Shown here in pieces: positions 1 to 10,979 of a stretch of DNA of 33,127 nt. How positions within the stretch are numbered: position 1 is the stretch's first letter; the number at the start of each line of letters is the position of its first letter. This DNA comes from Leptolyngbyaceae cyanobacterium (GTDB lineage Bacteria; Cyanobacteriota; Cyanobacteriia; CAKZMO01): positions 1-33,127 of the forward strand of contig JAYKIC010000635.1 in assembly GCA_035284985.1 (NCBI GenBank). Reading direction: 5' to 3'. The notes beneath the pieces are model-generated. The model ran no database searches. It worked only from the letters and a program-made list of their open reading frames with translations, and was not told the DNA's origin. The position numbers and the translations under genes are program-made.

Positions 1-308
1 ACAAAATCTCACGAAATTTTTGTGGATAACCAATGAAATTGCAAAAAATTTACGAAAATTTAGCTTAAATCAAAATAGGAGAGGGTGGAACTGCGACGTT
101 AACCGGGCAAAGGCTCGAACCTCAGCCCACCGCACCGTAAAAATCCATCCCCTCCAAGTCCCCAGACGTATAGGGGAGTGGTTGCCATTCAAGTTGATCC
201 CAAGGTTAGCCTCAGCCTCATCCAGCCCAGCGAGGCAGTCCCCCTGAGACTGACGATTCCTTCAATGGCAACTTTGCAACCAAAACCCCTATTTGGAGAC
301 GAATCATC

Positions 309-2060
309 ATGAGTTCCACTGATTTTGTATTGCTACAAGACCTGTCTGGATCATTTGCAGATGACTTACCCGTTTTACAATCCCTTGCTGAACCCTTGGT
401 TGAAACCTTGCTGAGTGAAGATGATACAGCCCAGGTGGCGGTTGCCTCATTCATCGATAAGCCCCTAAGTCCCTTTGGTTCCCCTGGTGATTTTGTTTAC
501 ACCACAAATCAATCCTTAACGGATTCCGCTGATGATGTGCTGTCTTCCCTCAATGGATTGTCCACGGCTAGCGGGTCCGACATTCCCGAAGCCCAACTGG
601 AAGCCTTACTCCAAGCGTCATTGCGGGGAGAAGAACTAGGCTATCGGGATGACTCTACTCGCTTTATTCTGCTATCCACCGATGCCCCGTTTCATGAAGT
701 GGGCGATGGCCTGTTGGGCTTGCCACCCATTACCTCGCCGAATAATGGTGACGCGATCGTTGATGCCGATGAGGACTATCCTTCCTTTGCCTTGTTGAGT
801 ACGGTGTTGGCAGAAAACAATATCATTCCCATTTTTGCGGTGACTCCCGATGTTCGGGACGACTACGAGATTCTGGTGGATATTCTAGGCCGGGGGACCG
901 TTGTTACCCTGACGGAAGATAGCACCAACTTAACCGATGCTACCCGTCTAGGGTTTGCGGTGGTTCGCAATGAGGTGACGATTCTTGGCTCCATTTTTAT
1001 CGATATTCTGGTGGGTACCAGAGGAGCCGACGGCATTTTTGGTGATTTAGGGGATGATTTCCTCTTTGGTCGGGGTCGGGCCGATTTAATGGATGGTGGT
1101 GCTGGAGACGATGTACTCCGGGGTCAAACTGGAGAGGATACCCTCCGAGGGGGCACCGATGATGATCGCGTGTTCGGTGGTGGTGGTGGTGATGACCTGG
1201 ATGGTGGGTTGGATCGCGATCGCCTCCGGGGTGAAGGGGGTGACGATACCCTCGATGGCGACGACGACAATGATAATCTCTGGGGTGGGAATGGCGATGA
1301 CCGTCTAGATGGCGGTGATGGCAATGATCGGCTCAATGGCGATCGCGGCGATGATCGGGTGATTGGGGCTGATGGCAGCGATCGCCTCCGGGGTGATGAT
1401 GGCGAGGATCGGCTCAGTGGGGGCGATGGCAGCGATCGCCTCCGCAGTGATGATGACGATGATATCCTGCTTGGTGGCAATGGCCGCGACCTGTTGATTG
1501 GAGGAGAAGGAGACGATACCCTCAGGGCCGGACAAGGCAACGACATTTTAGTCGGCGCAAACCCCACCGCCACCCATCCTGGCCGGGGTGAATTTGATCT
1601 GCTGCTATCCGGTAGTGGTAGAGATTTATACGTTTTAGGTAATCGACGGGGCGTATTCTATGATGACGGCCTGATGGACGAAACGATCACGGATGACAGC
1701 AGCGGTGATGACGGTAGCGACGACAGCGGTGACGACAGCGGTGACGACAGCGGTGACGATACTGATTCCACCACCGATAGCCCCATTGATGACACCGATG
1801 ACACCGATGATGGCACAACGCCCATTCCCGGTATCAATGACTATGCTTACCTGGGAGACTTTAGCGCCAGCCAGGATACCGTCCAATTGTTTGGTGAGGC
1901 CAGCGACTATATTTTGCAGGAAATCACCATTGACCTAAATGATGGTGTGGGGTTGTTCTGGACTGGAGAGGGCAGTTCTGAATTAATCGGTTTCTTTGAA
2001 GCGGCCAGTATAGCCGCCCTGTCCCTAGCGGATACGAGCCAATTTCAATATGTTGGTTAA
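309..2060 (+). CDS. Large secreted-type protein: integrin-beta-like vWA domain, RTX (hemolysin-type) Ca-binding repeats and an acidic D/S/T tract
   Basis: 583-aa ORF. MIDAS-like DLSGSF lies near the N-terminus and FILLSTDAPFH follows later. About 180 residues are back-to-back GGxGxD nonapeptides (GGAGDDVLRG, GGNGDDRLDG, GGDGNDRLNG ...). The GDDSGDDSGDDS tract is encoded by a perfect 3x12-nt tandem repeat at 1719-1754. Confidence 0.8.
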   Translation: MSSTDFVLLQDLSGSFADDLPVLQSLAEPLVETLLSEDDTAQVAVASFIDKPLSPFGSPGDFVYTTNQSLTDSADDVLSSLNGLSTASGSDIPEAQLEALLQASLRGEELGYRDDSTRFILLSTDAPFHEVGDGLLGLPPITSPNNGDAIVDADEDYPSFALLSTVLAENNIIPIFAVTPDVRDDYEILVDILGRGTVVTLTEDSTNLTDATRLGFAVVRNEVTILGSIFIDILVGTRGADGIFGDLGDDFLFGRGRADLMDGGAGDDVLRGQTGEDTLRGGTDDDRVFGGGGGDDLDGGLDRDRLRGEGGDDTLDGDDDNDNLWGGNGDDRLDGGDGNDRLNGDRGDDRVIGADGSDRLRGDDGEDRLSGGDGSDRLRSDDDDDILLGGNGRDLLIGGEGDDTLRAGQGNDILVGANPTATHPGRGEFDLLLSGSGRDLYVLGNRRGVFYDDGLMDETITDDSSGDDGSDDSGDDSGDDSGDDTDSTTDSPIDDTDDTDDGTTPIPGINDYAYLGDFSASQDTVQLFGEASDYILQEITIDLNDGVGLFWTGEGSSELIGFFEAASIAALSLADTSQFQYVG

Positions 2061-2148
2061 TCGTGAGCGCTGCGACTAGGGGTGTAGGATACATCAGCTT
2101 GGGTTGCATCCTGATGCCCACGGCTGTATTTGTCAAAAGGTAACGGTG

Positions 2149-2203
2149 CAGCAGGGCGATCGCCATCCGGGGGCATCCTCAATCTATGGGCGATCGCCCT
2201 GCT
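2149..2203. repeat. 15-bp inverted repeat built on two HIP1 sites (stem-loop between gene 1 and gene 2)
   Basis: CAGCAGGGCGATCGCC at 2149-2164 pairs with GGCGATCGCCCTGCT at 2189-2203. No T-run follows, so I do not call it a terminator. It covers the upstream alternative start at 2186 of the next ORF. Confidence 0.4.
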
Positions 2204-2254
2204 AGCTATCCCCAGCAACGACGCAACGCGAAAATCTACCCTATTTCTAGAGCC

Positions 2255-3754
2255 ATGAGCCAAACCTCAGAGTCTGCCGTTACCAAAGTCCTACAGCCAG
2301 TGGGGTGTTGCCTGGGTTGTGCCGGACTCCTTGTAGGCATTCCGATTTTCCTTGCGATCGCGGTCTATGGCATTATTTTCCATACCTCGCTGCCATTGCG
2401 CTTAGTCCTCAACCTGGCGGAAACGGATGCGACCATGAAATTTCGGGGGGTGCATGGCTCTATCACTAAAGGATTTACGATTAAGGAATGGGTGATCAAG
2501 GGCCAAAACGGGGTGGAGGATTCACGGGTTGAAAACCTGACATTTCGCTACAACGGCGTGATGGATGCAGTCCAGCATCAGCGATTGATTATTGACGAAA
2601 TTTCCGTGGCTAAGGCCGATTTCGTGCTGGGTCCAGATTTTTTTACCCCTTCTGATTCCACTGCTGAGGAGGCCCCTTCTACGCCAGAAGAGGATACTGG
2701 AGAAAATCCAGACGATGCAGCCACAGATGAGAACTCGGATTCTGCCCCACCATCAGGGGAAACGGTGGAGTTAGATTTTGAGTTTCAGCTTAAAACTCTC
2801 AATCTGCAAAATATGCGGATTCGCTCCAGTGATGGTCAGTTTGAGTTAGCCATTCCCCAGGTCACTCTGGATACGATGCAATTCAAAGACCAGGCATTTT
2901 CGCTGAAGTCCCTAGATATCAATGATTTTCAATTGCGCTTGCCTAATGTGGGGCCAGCCCTAACCGCAGAGAACCTCGATGCAGTGGATCTCGCTATTCC
3001 TCAGATTCACTTGGCGGGTTTGGGAATTACGGGCGATCGCTTCGACTTAGCCGAACTGGATGTCACCAGCAACGTTGTCAGCTTTTCTTTGGCAGAAGCC
3101 CAACCCCAAACCATCAACGGTGAAGTGATTCCCTATTCTCGTCGCATCCGGGGACAAATTGCGCCAACCGTCAACGAAGTGATCTTGCGTCCGTTTGACT
3201 TTACCCTCGATTTTGCCACGATCAACGATGGGAAAACTCCCCCCCAAGAATACCGCATTATTCACCGCTTCGTGGGATTTGGGGGCGCTGTGGAGCAGGT
3301 AACATTTCCCTCCGGTGGAGCCTTTATCCGCACCAAAACCTTCAGCCCCGCCGATTACTTTGCCCTGCAATCCGAATTGGTGCCGGAACGCTGTTCGCTA
3401 TTATCAATCAGTAAACCTGATCCTGCCAACTCGTCCAGTGACCCTAATCCAGCATCTACTATCCAAGGCGATTGCTATTGGGGAGCCACCCAATTTACCC
3501 TATCACCCCAATCCGATGAAACGTTAGTGGCCACGGCTCAGGTCCAAGACCATGGCATTACTCTGAGAATGCAGAGCAATGACCAAACCTGGGTACCGAT
3601 GATGGAAGTCACCGCTGAGCCGCCGCTACCTGTCCCGAATATTTTGGCGCTGGTCTACTTCGGCCAAGCCTATGACCAATTAAATGAGGGGGAGCGATCG
3701 CGCATCAATGCCATGGAAGCCGAATTGCAAGGTCTAATGCCTGTGCCAGAGTAG
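2255..3754 (+). CDS. Hypothetical N-terminally membrane-anchored protein with an acidic low-complexity linker
   Basis: Long ORF (track 2186-3754). I prefer the ATG at 2255 (MSQTSE...), which lies just before a hydrophobic helix (CCLGCAGLLVGIPIFLAIAVYGIIF). I recognised no family. Confidence 0.55.
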   Translation: MSQTSESAVTKVLQPVGCCLGCAGLLVGIPIFLAIAVYGIIFHTSLPLRLVLNLAETDATMKFRGVHGSITKGFTIKEWVIKGQNGVEDSRVENLTFRYNGVMDAVQHQRLIIDEISVAKADFVLGPDFFTPSDSTAEEAPSTPEEDTGENPDDAATDENSDSAPPSGETVELDFEFQLKTLNLQNMRIRSSDGQFELAIPQVTLDTMQFKDQAFSLKSLDINDFQLRLPNVGPALTAENLDAVDLAIPQIHLAGLGITGDRFDLAELDVTSNVVSFSLAEAQPQTINGEVIPYSRRIRGQIAPTVNEVILRPFDFTLDFATINDGKTPPQEYRIIHRFVGFGGAVEQVTFPSGGAFIRTKTFSPADYFALQSELVPERCSLLSISKPDPANSSSDPNPASTIQGDCYWGATQFTLSPQSDETLVATAQVQDHGITLRMQSNDQTWVPMMEVTAEPPLPVPNILALVYFGQAYDQLNEGERSRINAMEAELQGLMPVPE

Positions 3755-3784
3755 GGGCTGCTACTCCCTTTCCCCTGCAAGGAT

Positions 3785-3822
3785 GCAAATGCAGGGTGCA
3801 TTGTCACGCACTCTGCATTTGC
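3785..3822. repeat. 15-bp-stem hairpin between convergent genes; its core belongs to a small GGGTGCGTTGTCACGCACC palindromic repeat family
   Basis: GCAAATGCAGGGTGC at 3785-3799 pairs with GCACTCTGCATTTGC at 3808-3822, with one G-T wobble. Related cores occur at 3845-3863 (followed by TTTTTT at 3868-3873) and, inverted, at 10949-10966. Confidence 0.55.
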
Positions 3823-3897
3823 TACATTTGCTGCAAAATAACTAGCTGCGTTGTCACGCACCCTAGATTTTTTACCCTATTACCGTTATCGCAACGC

Positions 3898-4200
3898 TTA
3901 CCAACTGGATTTTACCACTCCAGGCAATAGTCCTTGGTGTGCCATATCCCGTAGGGCAACCCGGCACAAGCCAAAGTCACGGTAGTACGCACGGGGGCGA
4001 CCCGTCAACCAACAGCGGTTCCGAACACGGTTAGGCGAACTATTTCGGGGAAGTTGCTGAAGCTGACGGTGAATTTCTAGCCGCTCCATCTGAGTTTCAG
4101 CGGTTCTGAACGCTTCTTTGAGTTCTGCACGCTTCGCTGCGTACTTTTCGGCCATCCGTTTGCGCTTCTCGTCCCGCGCCACCATGCTCTTCTTTGCCAT
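3898..4200 (-). CDS. rpsN: 30S ribosomal protein S14
   Basis: 100 aa. [28 protein letters not shown] ... [21 protein letters not shown] ... LPGVVKSSW is the canonical long-form S14 sequence. Confidence 0.95.
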   Translation of the reverse strand: MAKKSMVARDEKRKRMAEKYAAKRAELKEAFRTAETQMERLEIHRQLQQLPRNSSPNRVRNRCWLTGRPRAYYRDFGLCRVALRDMAHQGLLPGVVKSSW

Positions 4201-4306
4201 AATGCCTGTGTCTAAGGTGTCCTGCTTATAAAAATGCCGTATATCATTTTATCAAATCTTTTCTGTTTTTGGAAGGGGTTGGGGGCGCACCCTGGGACAA
4301 TAGTTG

Positions 4307-5275
4307 TTAATCACCTCGATAATGGGCGAGAACAAAGCGCTGAATGCCTGCCAAGTCTGGGTGACAGGCAATGTCGTCATATTGTTGGCAGCGGGTGAGC
4401 AGGGCAACCACGGCCTCCGCTTGACCCGCCATCATTTCTATCAGGAGAATCCCCCCCGCAACGAGATGGGATGGCGCACGGGCAATTAAGTGCCGAATGC
4501 AATCCAAGCCATCGGCACCACCGTCTAGGGCTAAATGGGGTTCATGGCGGGTGACTTCCGGTTGTAAGTCCAACACCATGGTGCTGGGGATGTAGGGAGG
4601 ATTGGAGACGATGCCGCTGAAGCGATTGGGGGGGCGGGGGAGTGGGGGAGTGGGGAGTGGGGATCTTCGCTTTTGGAAGGGATCGAGCCAGTGTCCGTGG
4701 TGAAAATGAATGCGATCGAGACTGTGCTCACGGGCGTTTTGTTGGGCGATCGCCAACGCCTCGGCACTACAGTCCACCGCATGGATAGTGGCCTGGGATA
4801 GGGCATCCGCCAAACCAAGGGCGATCGCTCCACTTCCGGTCCCCAAGTCAACCCAATGACCTTGACCGAGATGGGGATATTTTTGGGTGGTGGCGATCGC
4901 CAAATCAATGATTAATTCGGTCTCTGGCCGGGGAATGAGCACCGCCGGGGAAACGGTTAAATTAAACTGTCGCCACTGGGTGCGTCCCACTAAATATTGC
5001 AGGGGCGATCGCGTCTCAAGCCGCTGTTGCCACCGTTGCTGCAACTCGCCAAAAGCAATATTTAAGGGGATGGTCGGATGAGTCTGAAAGGATTCTAACC
5101 GTAAGGTGAGGCGATCCAGATCACTGATAGCTTGGAGGAGCCAGTCTACTTCACTGGGAGAAATATCGTGGGCGATGGCCTGTTGCAGGGCTTGCTGCCG
5201 CCATTGATGCAGCCTGGTCCCAGATACGGTGTATCCGGGACCAGGTGAAGACCATTGCGTCGTCTGTTGTGCCAT
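4307..5275 (-). CDS. prmC: Release-factor glutamine N5-methyltransferase (PrmC/HemK family)
   Basis: SAM-binding loop VDLGTGSGAIAL and catalytic IVSNPPYIP (NPPY) are present, with a HemK-like N-terminal helical domain. The exact start is uncertain. Confidence 0.88.
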   Translation of the reverse strand: MAQQTTQWSSPGPGYTVSGTRLHQWRQQALQQAIAHDISPSEVDWLLQAISDLDRLTLRLESFQTHPTIPLNIAFGELQQRWQQRLETRSPLQYLVGRTQWRQFNLTVSPAVLIPRPETELIIDLAIATTQKYPHLGQGHWVDLGTGSGAIALGLADALSQATIHAVDCSAEALAIAQQNAREHSLDRIHFHHGHWLDPFQKRRSPLPTPPLPRPPNRFSGIVSNPPYIPSTMVLDLQPEVTRHEPHLALDGGADGLDCIRHLIARAPSHLVAGGILLIEMMAGQAEAVVALLTRCQQYDDIACHPDLAGIQRFVLAHYRGD

Positions 5276-5296
5276 GACCCACGACCCCGGCTCTAG

Positions 5297-6163
5297 CTAT
5301 TCAGCCGGAGTGTCCGGAGTAGGGGCGGCGGGAGCAGGCTCAGTTGCATTGGTAGGCGCGGGCGTTGCGGACGTTGGATTGGGTTGGAATGACTCGACGT
5401 AATCAATCGAATCCGCCAGAGGAATCATGCGGTACTGTTCAATATTGCCACTTTCGGCCAGCTCTAAGCCACGAATGTAATCTCCCAGCCAAATCACCTC
5501 TACTTGCAGATTTTCCCGAAACGCAGGATTTGCCCCATCAATTGCTGACAGCGCCGTTTCATATTGTTCTTGGGTAAAGAATAAAGGAATAATTTCATCT
5601 TCCCCATTTTGCAAGGTTAACAGGGTCACACTGATCTGGTCCTCGGTAGTGGCGGCGGTAGCGGGATCGATGGAACTCAGCATAAACAAGGGGACTCCAG
5701 GAGATGCTTGGGCATCTTCTGGCAGCAGCGACACTGCATGGGCGACTTCCTCAACCATGGGGACAAAGTAAAATTGGAGTTGATCCTCAGCGGTTCGTGC
5801 TTCTAAAGCGGCTTTATAAATCCGCGCGAGGGATACGGGGGTCACTTGGGCATTGCTGCCTAACTCTGGATTGGCCTCTTGAAAAGCAGCCAAGGAGGCT
5901 TCGGCATCATCGGCACTGATAAAGACCTCAGTGATCACCGTATTGGGACCAGTTGGCTCACCGTTTTCGTTACGGGTAGGAATGACGGCGACAAAAGGAT
6001 TCCCCGCTGGATCAGTAATCGTAAAAACGGGAATGCCTCTCAACTGGGCCTCAATTTCTGCTTGAGTGAGGCCGAATGCCCGCAGCCCCGGTGCGATCCA
6101 TGAACCGACAACGGCTCCACTAACGGCTAGGACGGTTGCACCCCAACGTAAAAATGATTTCAT
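5297..6163 (-). CDS. Tic22-like periplasmic protein with signal peptide and Pro/Ala/Thr-rich tail
   Basis: 288 aa. N-terminal signal-like MKSFLRWGATVLAVSGAVVG is followed by LRGIPVFTITDPAGNPFV and a repeated FYFVPM / IPLFFTQEQ pattern that I recall from cyanobacterial Tic22 homologues. The call rests on recall only. Confidence 0.55.
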   Translation of the reverse strand: MKSFLRWGATVLAVSGAVVGSWIAPGLRAFGLTQAEIEAQLRGIPVFTITDPAGNPFVAVIPTRNENGEPTGPNTVITEVFISADDAEASLAAFQEANPELGSNAQVTPVSLARIYKAALEARTAEDQLQFYFVPMVEEVAHAVSLLPEDAQASPGVPLFMLSSIDPATAATTEDQISVTLLTLQNGEDEIIPLFFTQEQYETALSAIDGANPAFRENLQVEVIWLGDYIRGLELAESGNIEQYRMIPLADSIDYVESFQPNPTSATPAPTNATEPAPAAPTPDTPAE

Positions 6164-6290
6164 ATAGACCTCCTCAAAACAGATTTGACAATTAGATTAC
6201 TACAACTTCAAGGACAGGTGAGTCATGTTTCAGGCTCGCTAGGCAGGGAAAAATGCTCCAATGTGGGTGGACATCGTTGCCCTTGTTGAT

Positions 6291-6332
6291 GGCGTTTGCG
6301 ATCCGGCATTTGCGATCCGGCATTTGCGATCG
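6291..6332. repeat. 3 x 14-nt tandem repeat (GGCATTTGCGATCC) upstream of the Tic22-like gene
   Basis: GGCGTTTGCGATCC, GGCATTTGCGATCC and GGCATTTGCGATCG are read directly at 6291-6332. Confidence 0.8.
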
Positions 6333-6505
6333 ATCACTAAAGGTTTGCGTCCTAACGTTTGCTAGCTAACACTAGCATTTGTTCCAAGGAGCCGTTCCCT
6401 TTTTCAGGATGGTTCCGGGGAATTTCAACCTTAAGACTCCTTTGCATACTAGCAATGAATTTTGGAAATAGGGGGCTAGTGGTTGGGCCACTTTGGGGCG
6501 GTTGA

Positions 6506-6545
6506 ACCAAATAACAAACCCCCTAGCTCCCGTTGAGCTAAGGGG
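6506..6545 (-). terminator. Rho-independent terminator candidate downstream of the Zn-peptidase gene
   Basis: On the minus strand an 11-bp stem (CCCCTTAGCTC / GAGCTAGGGGG, one G-T) with a 5-nt loop is followed by TTTGTTATTTGG. It lies about 100 nt after the stop at 6647. Confidence 0.6.
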
Positions 6546-6646
6546 TTTGAAGGTTTCAAGGGGAATTACCCCGGTTGAGGGTGTCACATGGGTTGACGGG
6601 TCAACTTAGTTTCGCTGTCCAGTCGTGCTGAACTAGTCACATTGAA

Positions 6647-7321
6647 CTAGTCGCGCTGGCTAACGAGGAAAAGCTGAATAAAGTTGAGGACTGCATACAA
6701 GGCAGTGGCTACATAGGTCCAAGCGGCGGCTTGTAATACGGCCCGTGCGCCCCGGTTTTCCTCACCTTGCAAAATCCCCAGTTCGTCGATTAGCTTGAGG
6801 GCGCGGTTCGAGGCATCAAACTCTACGGGTAGGGTGATCACATGGAAGGCGATCGCCGCTCCGAATAAAATCAGACCCACGGTTGCCAATTGGGAAAAGG
6901 CGGCGAAAAATAAACTCGCCATCACCAAGATTGGTCCCAGTTGCGATCCTAAATTGGCTACTGGGACTAAACTGGCCCGTAGGTTCATAAACTTATAGTC
7001 TTGTACGTCCTGGAGAACGTGGCCACATTCGTGGGCAGCTACGGCGGCGGCGGCCAGGGACGTAGAGTGATAAATCCCTTCCGAGAGTCGCACCGCCTTG
7101 GCGGCAGGATCATAATGATCCGTCAATTCTCCGGCGACAGGCTCTACCTTCACATCATAGACTCCCATTTTATCTAAGATGGTTTTCGCCACCTGCGCCC
7201 CGGTCATCCCCATGGTAGAAGGAACCTGGGAATAACGTCGGTAGGTACCTTTCACCTGGCTCTGTGCCCAAAACATTAGCAACATACCAGGGATGACAAT
7301 CCAAAAGTAGGGAAGAAACAT
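6647..7321 (-). CDS. Membrane zinc metallopeptidase, YugP / Zn_peptidase_2 family
   Basis: 224 aa with an N-terminal TM helix, an HExxH site (AHECGHVLQ) and C-terminal hydrophobic helices. Size and layout match YugP-type peptidases. Confidence 0.85.
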   Translation of the reverse strand: MFLPYFWIVIPGMLLMFWAQSQVKGTYRRYSQVPSTMGMTGAQVAKTILDKMGVYDVKVEPVAGELTDHYDPAAKAVRLSEGIYHSTSLAAAAVAAHECGHVLQDVQDYKFMNLRASLVPVANLGSQLGPILVMASLFFAAFSQLATVGLILFGAAIAFHVITLPVEFDASNRALKLIDELGILQGEENRGARAVLQAAAWTYVATALYAVLNFIQLFLVSQRD

Positions 7322-7780
7322 TTTGCCTCCAATCCAATCAATCGTAAAGGTTGAAGCTAAAACTGCGATCGCAGTTGGCTATGCAAAGTATGGCGTGCCG
7401 AAGGCACCATAGTACAGGACCGTAGCAATGTTGCTCCAACAAATCTAACCGTTAACCTGACGGCTAAACCTGACAGCCCTGTCTCAGGGGATAACCTAGT
7501 GTTACCTGACCTGCTTTCCCCTATTCTAAGGGATTCTTTCTGGGCGTTAAGGCAGGAACGCCATCGGGTTTCTTGCCTTGACAATTTAGAACTAGGTTGA
7601 AAAGACCGTACCAAGAGGGACGGGGCGGATATCACTCGCTGTTCCCTTGCCCTAATAGCGTTTGATGGCCCCATCCTCCACCGCGAAATGTTAATTGTTG
7701 CAACAAAGGTATTTGTCTGGGTCAAGGATTGCGAAATGATAAGGGCATAAAAACTTGGATTAAATTACCGAGGAGAACTA

Positions 7781-8041
7781 ATGACCCATCTGATGTTATT
7801 GGCCATTGCTCCCACATCTGTTGTGTGGAGTCCTAAGGTTGCTGTTGTTATGATTATTTGCAATATTGTAGCGATCGCCTTTGGCAAATTCACCATTGCC
7901 CAACAAGACGTAGGTCCAGCCATGCCTTCCCCTAATATGTTTGGTGGCATGGGCTTGGGTGCTGTATTGGGCACCACTAGCCTGGGCCATATTCTAGGTG
8001 CAGGCATGATTTTGGGACTTGCCAGTGCAGGTGTGCTGTAG
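7781..8041 (+). CDS. psaK: Photosystem I reaction-centre subunit PsaK
   Basis: 86 aa with two TM helices. SPKVAVVMIICNIVAIAFGK ... GGMGLGAVLGTTSLGHILGAGMILGL is typical of PsaK. Confidence 0.9.
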   Translation: MTHLMLLAIAPTSVVWSPKVAVVMIICNIVAIAFGKFTIAQQDVGPAMPSPNMFGGMGLGAVLGTTSLGHILGAGMILGLASAGVL

Positions 8042-8118
8042 AATTCCTCAAATTGTCTATTGTTCTATTGTGTTTATGGGGGTTTTCCCTCTAACCGAGG
8101 AGAACTATACTTTCCGTT

Positions 8119-8151
8119 GCAGGAGCATGGTCAATCGTGCTCCTTTTTTTT
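8119..8151 (+). terminator. Rho-independent terminator after psaK
   Basis: AGGAGCA at 8121-8127 pairs with TGCTCCT at 8138-8144, and TTTTTTT follows directly at 8145-8151. Confidence 0.75.
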
Positions 8152-8404
8152 GACAGGGGGCTGGAAAACTTAAGATCTTGAGATCTTGGCCCTGAAAACG
8201 TGCTAATGTACTAGAATCGGCACTGTGGAACGGTATAGAATCTGCAAAGGGGAGGCGAGAGGGGATCCCCATGGATGATGCATCCCCTATGAAAATAACA
8301 CTTCAAATTACGCTAGAAGCGTCACCAAGCCTTTTGTGCTAGAATTTTGAGGTAATATGGTCTCCGGAATCGTTTCGGACCCTAGACCTCGTGAATAGGA
8401 GTAA

Positions 8405-10357
<1,953 letters not shown>

Positions 10358-10372
10358 CATTGGAATGGACCC

Positions 10373-10843
10373 ATGGATCAATGGTTTCAGGTTGACGGGG
10401 TAATTATCCAGGGGCATCGGGTGGCCTCTGGACAAAATCAGAATCCTCGCTTTCCGGGGGGAACGTTGCGGATGCAAACGGCAGCTTTTGCTGAACGAGG
10501 GCTGGATTTGACCGTTTATTTTCCTGGCACCCTCAATATCTCGATTGCGCCTCTGGTTTATGGAGTGAGGCGATCGCTCTACACCCTCCGCCAGGTAAAA
10601 TGGGCTGAACATTGCCCTGCGGAGGATTTTTCCTTTTTCAACTGTCGATTGAGACGGGGCACTGGACCGATGGCCGCTAACCCCATAGACGGTCTCATTT
10701 ATTATCCCCACCCTGAAACTAAACCAGAGCATTTTCAGGAGGCGGGAATTTTGGAGGTGTTAGCGCCACTGGTGGAGAATGTGAGTTATGGCGATCGCGT
10801 CATTTTAGACCTTGATCCCCAGCAAATTGAAATTCTAGACTAA
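10373..10843 (+). CDS. Conserved hypothetical protein; weak resemblance to archaeal CTP-dependent riboflavin kinase (DUF120) beta-barrel
   Basis: 156-aa ORF starting 16 nt after gyrB. GHRVASG ... YFPGTLNISI resembles the GxVxSG ... GTLN pattern of RibK/DUF120. The product label is tentative. Confidence 0.5.
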   Translation: MDQWFQVDGVIIQGHRVASGQNQNPRFPGGTLRMQTAAFAERGLDLTVYFPGTLNISIAPLVYGVRRSLYTLRQVKWAEHCPAEDFSFFNCRLRRGTGPMAANPIDGLIYYPHPETKPEHFQEAGILEVLAPLVENVSYGDRVILDLDPQQIEILD

Positions 10844-10979
10844 CGGCCCAGACAAAGGGTAAGCCCCTTGTCTAGGGTATCTATCTTCACATCAGCAATG
10901 ATACAAGTTCGTAATTGACTCCCTTTCCACGGCAAGAATACAGAGCCAGGTGCGTGACAACGCACCCTACACTTGTCGA

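Noticed and set aside
20-247. 75-aa plus-strand ORF at the window start, and a TTCGAGCC-containing stretch (about 100-130, minus strand) that briefly looked like a tRNA T-arm
   Set aside because: The ORF has no recognisable motifs and a basic, low-complexity composition. The putative T-arm has no pairing stem or acceptor arm around it, so no tRNA can be folded.
1093-1938. Several overlapping ORFs in both orientations inside the RTX gene (for example 1124-1573 minus and 1305-1535 minus)
   Set aside because: They are alternative-frame readings of the GGxGxD repeat DNA (Ser/Pro/Arg-rich or Ile/Ala-rich low complexity). The RTX frame is the only one with real motifs.
6372-6587. 71-aa minus-strand ORF and possible ncRNA in the 483-nt spacer between the Tic22-like gene and the peptidase gene
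   Set aside because: The ORF spans a terminator hairpin and has no motifs. I could not match the region to any RNA family by eye, so only the terminator is reported.
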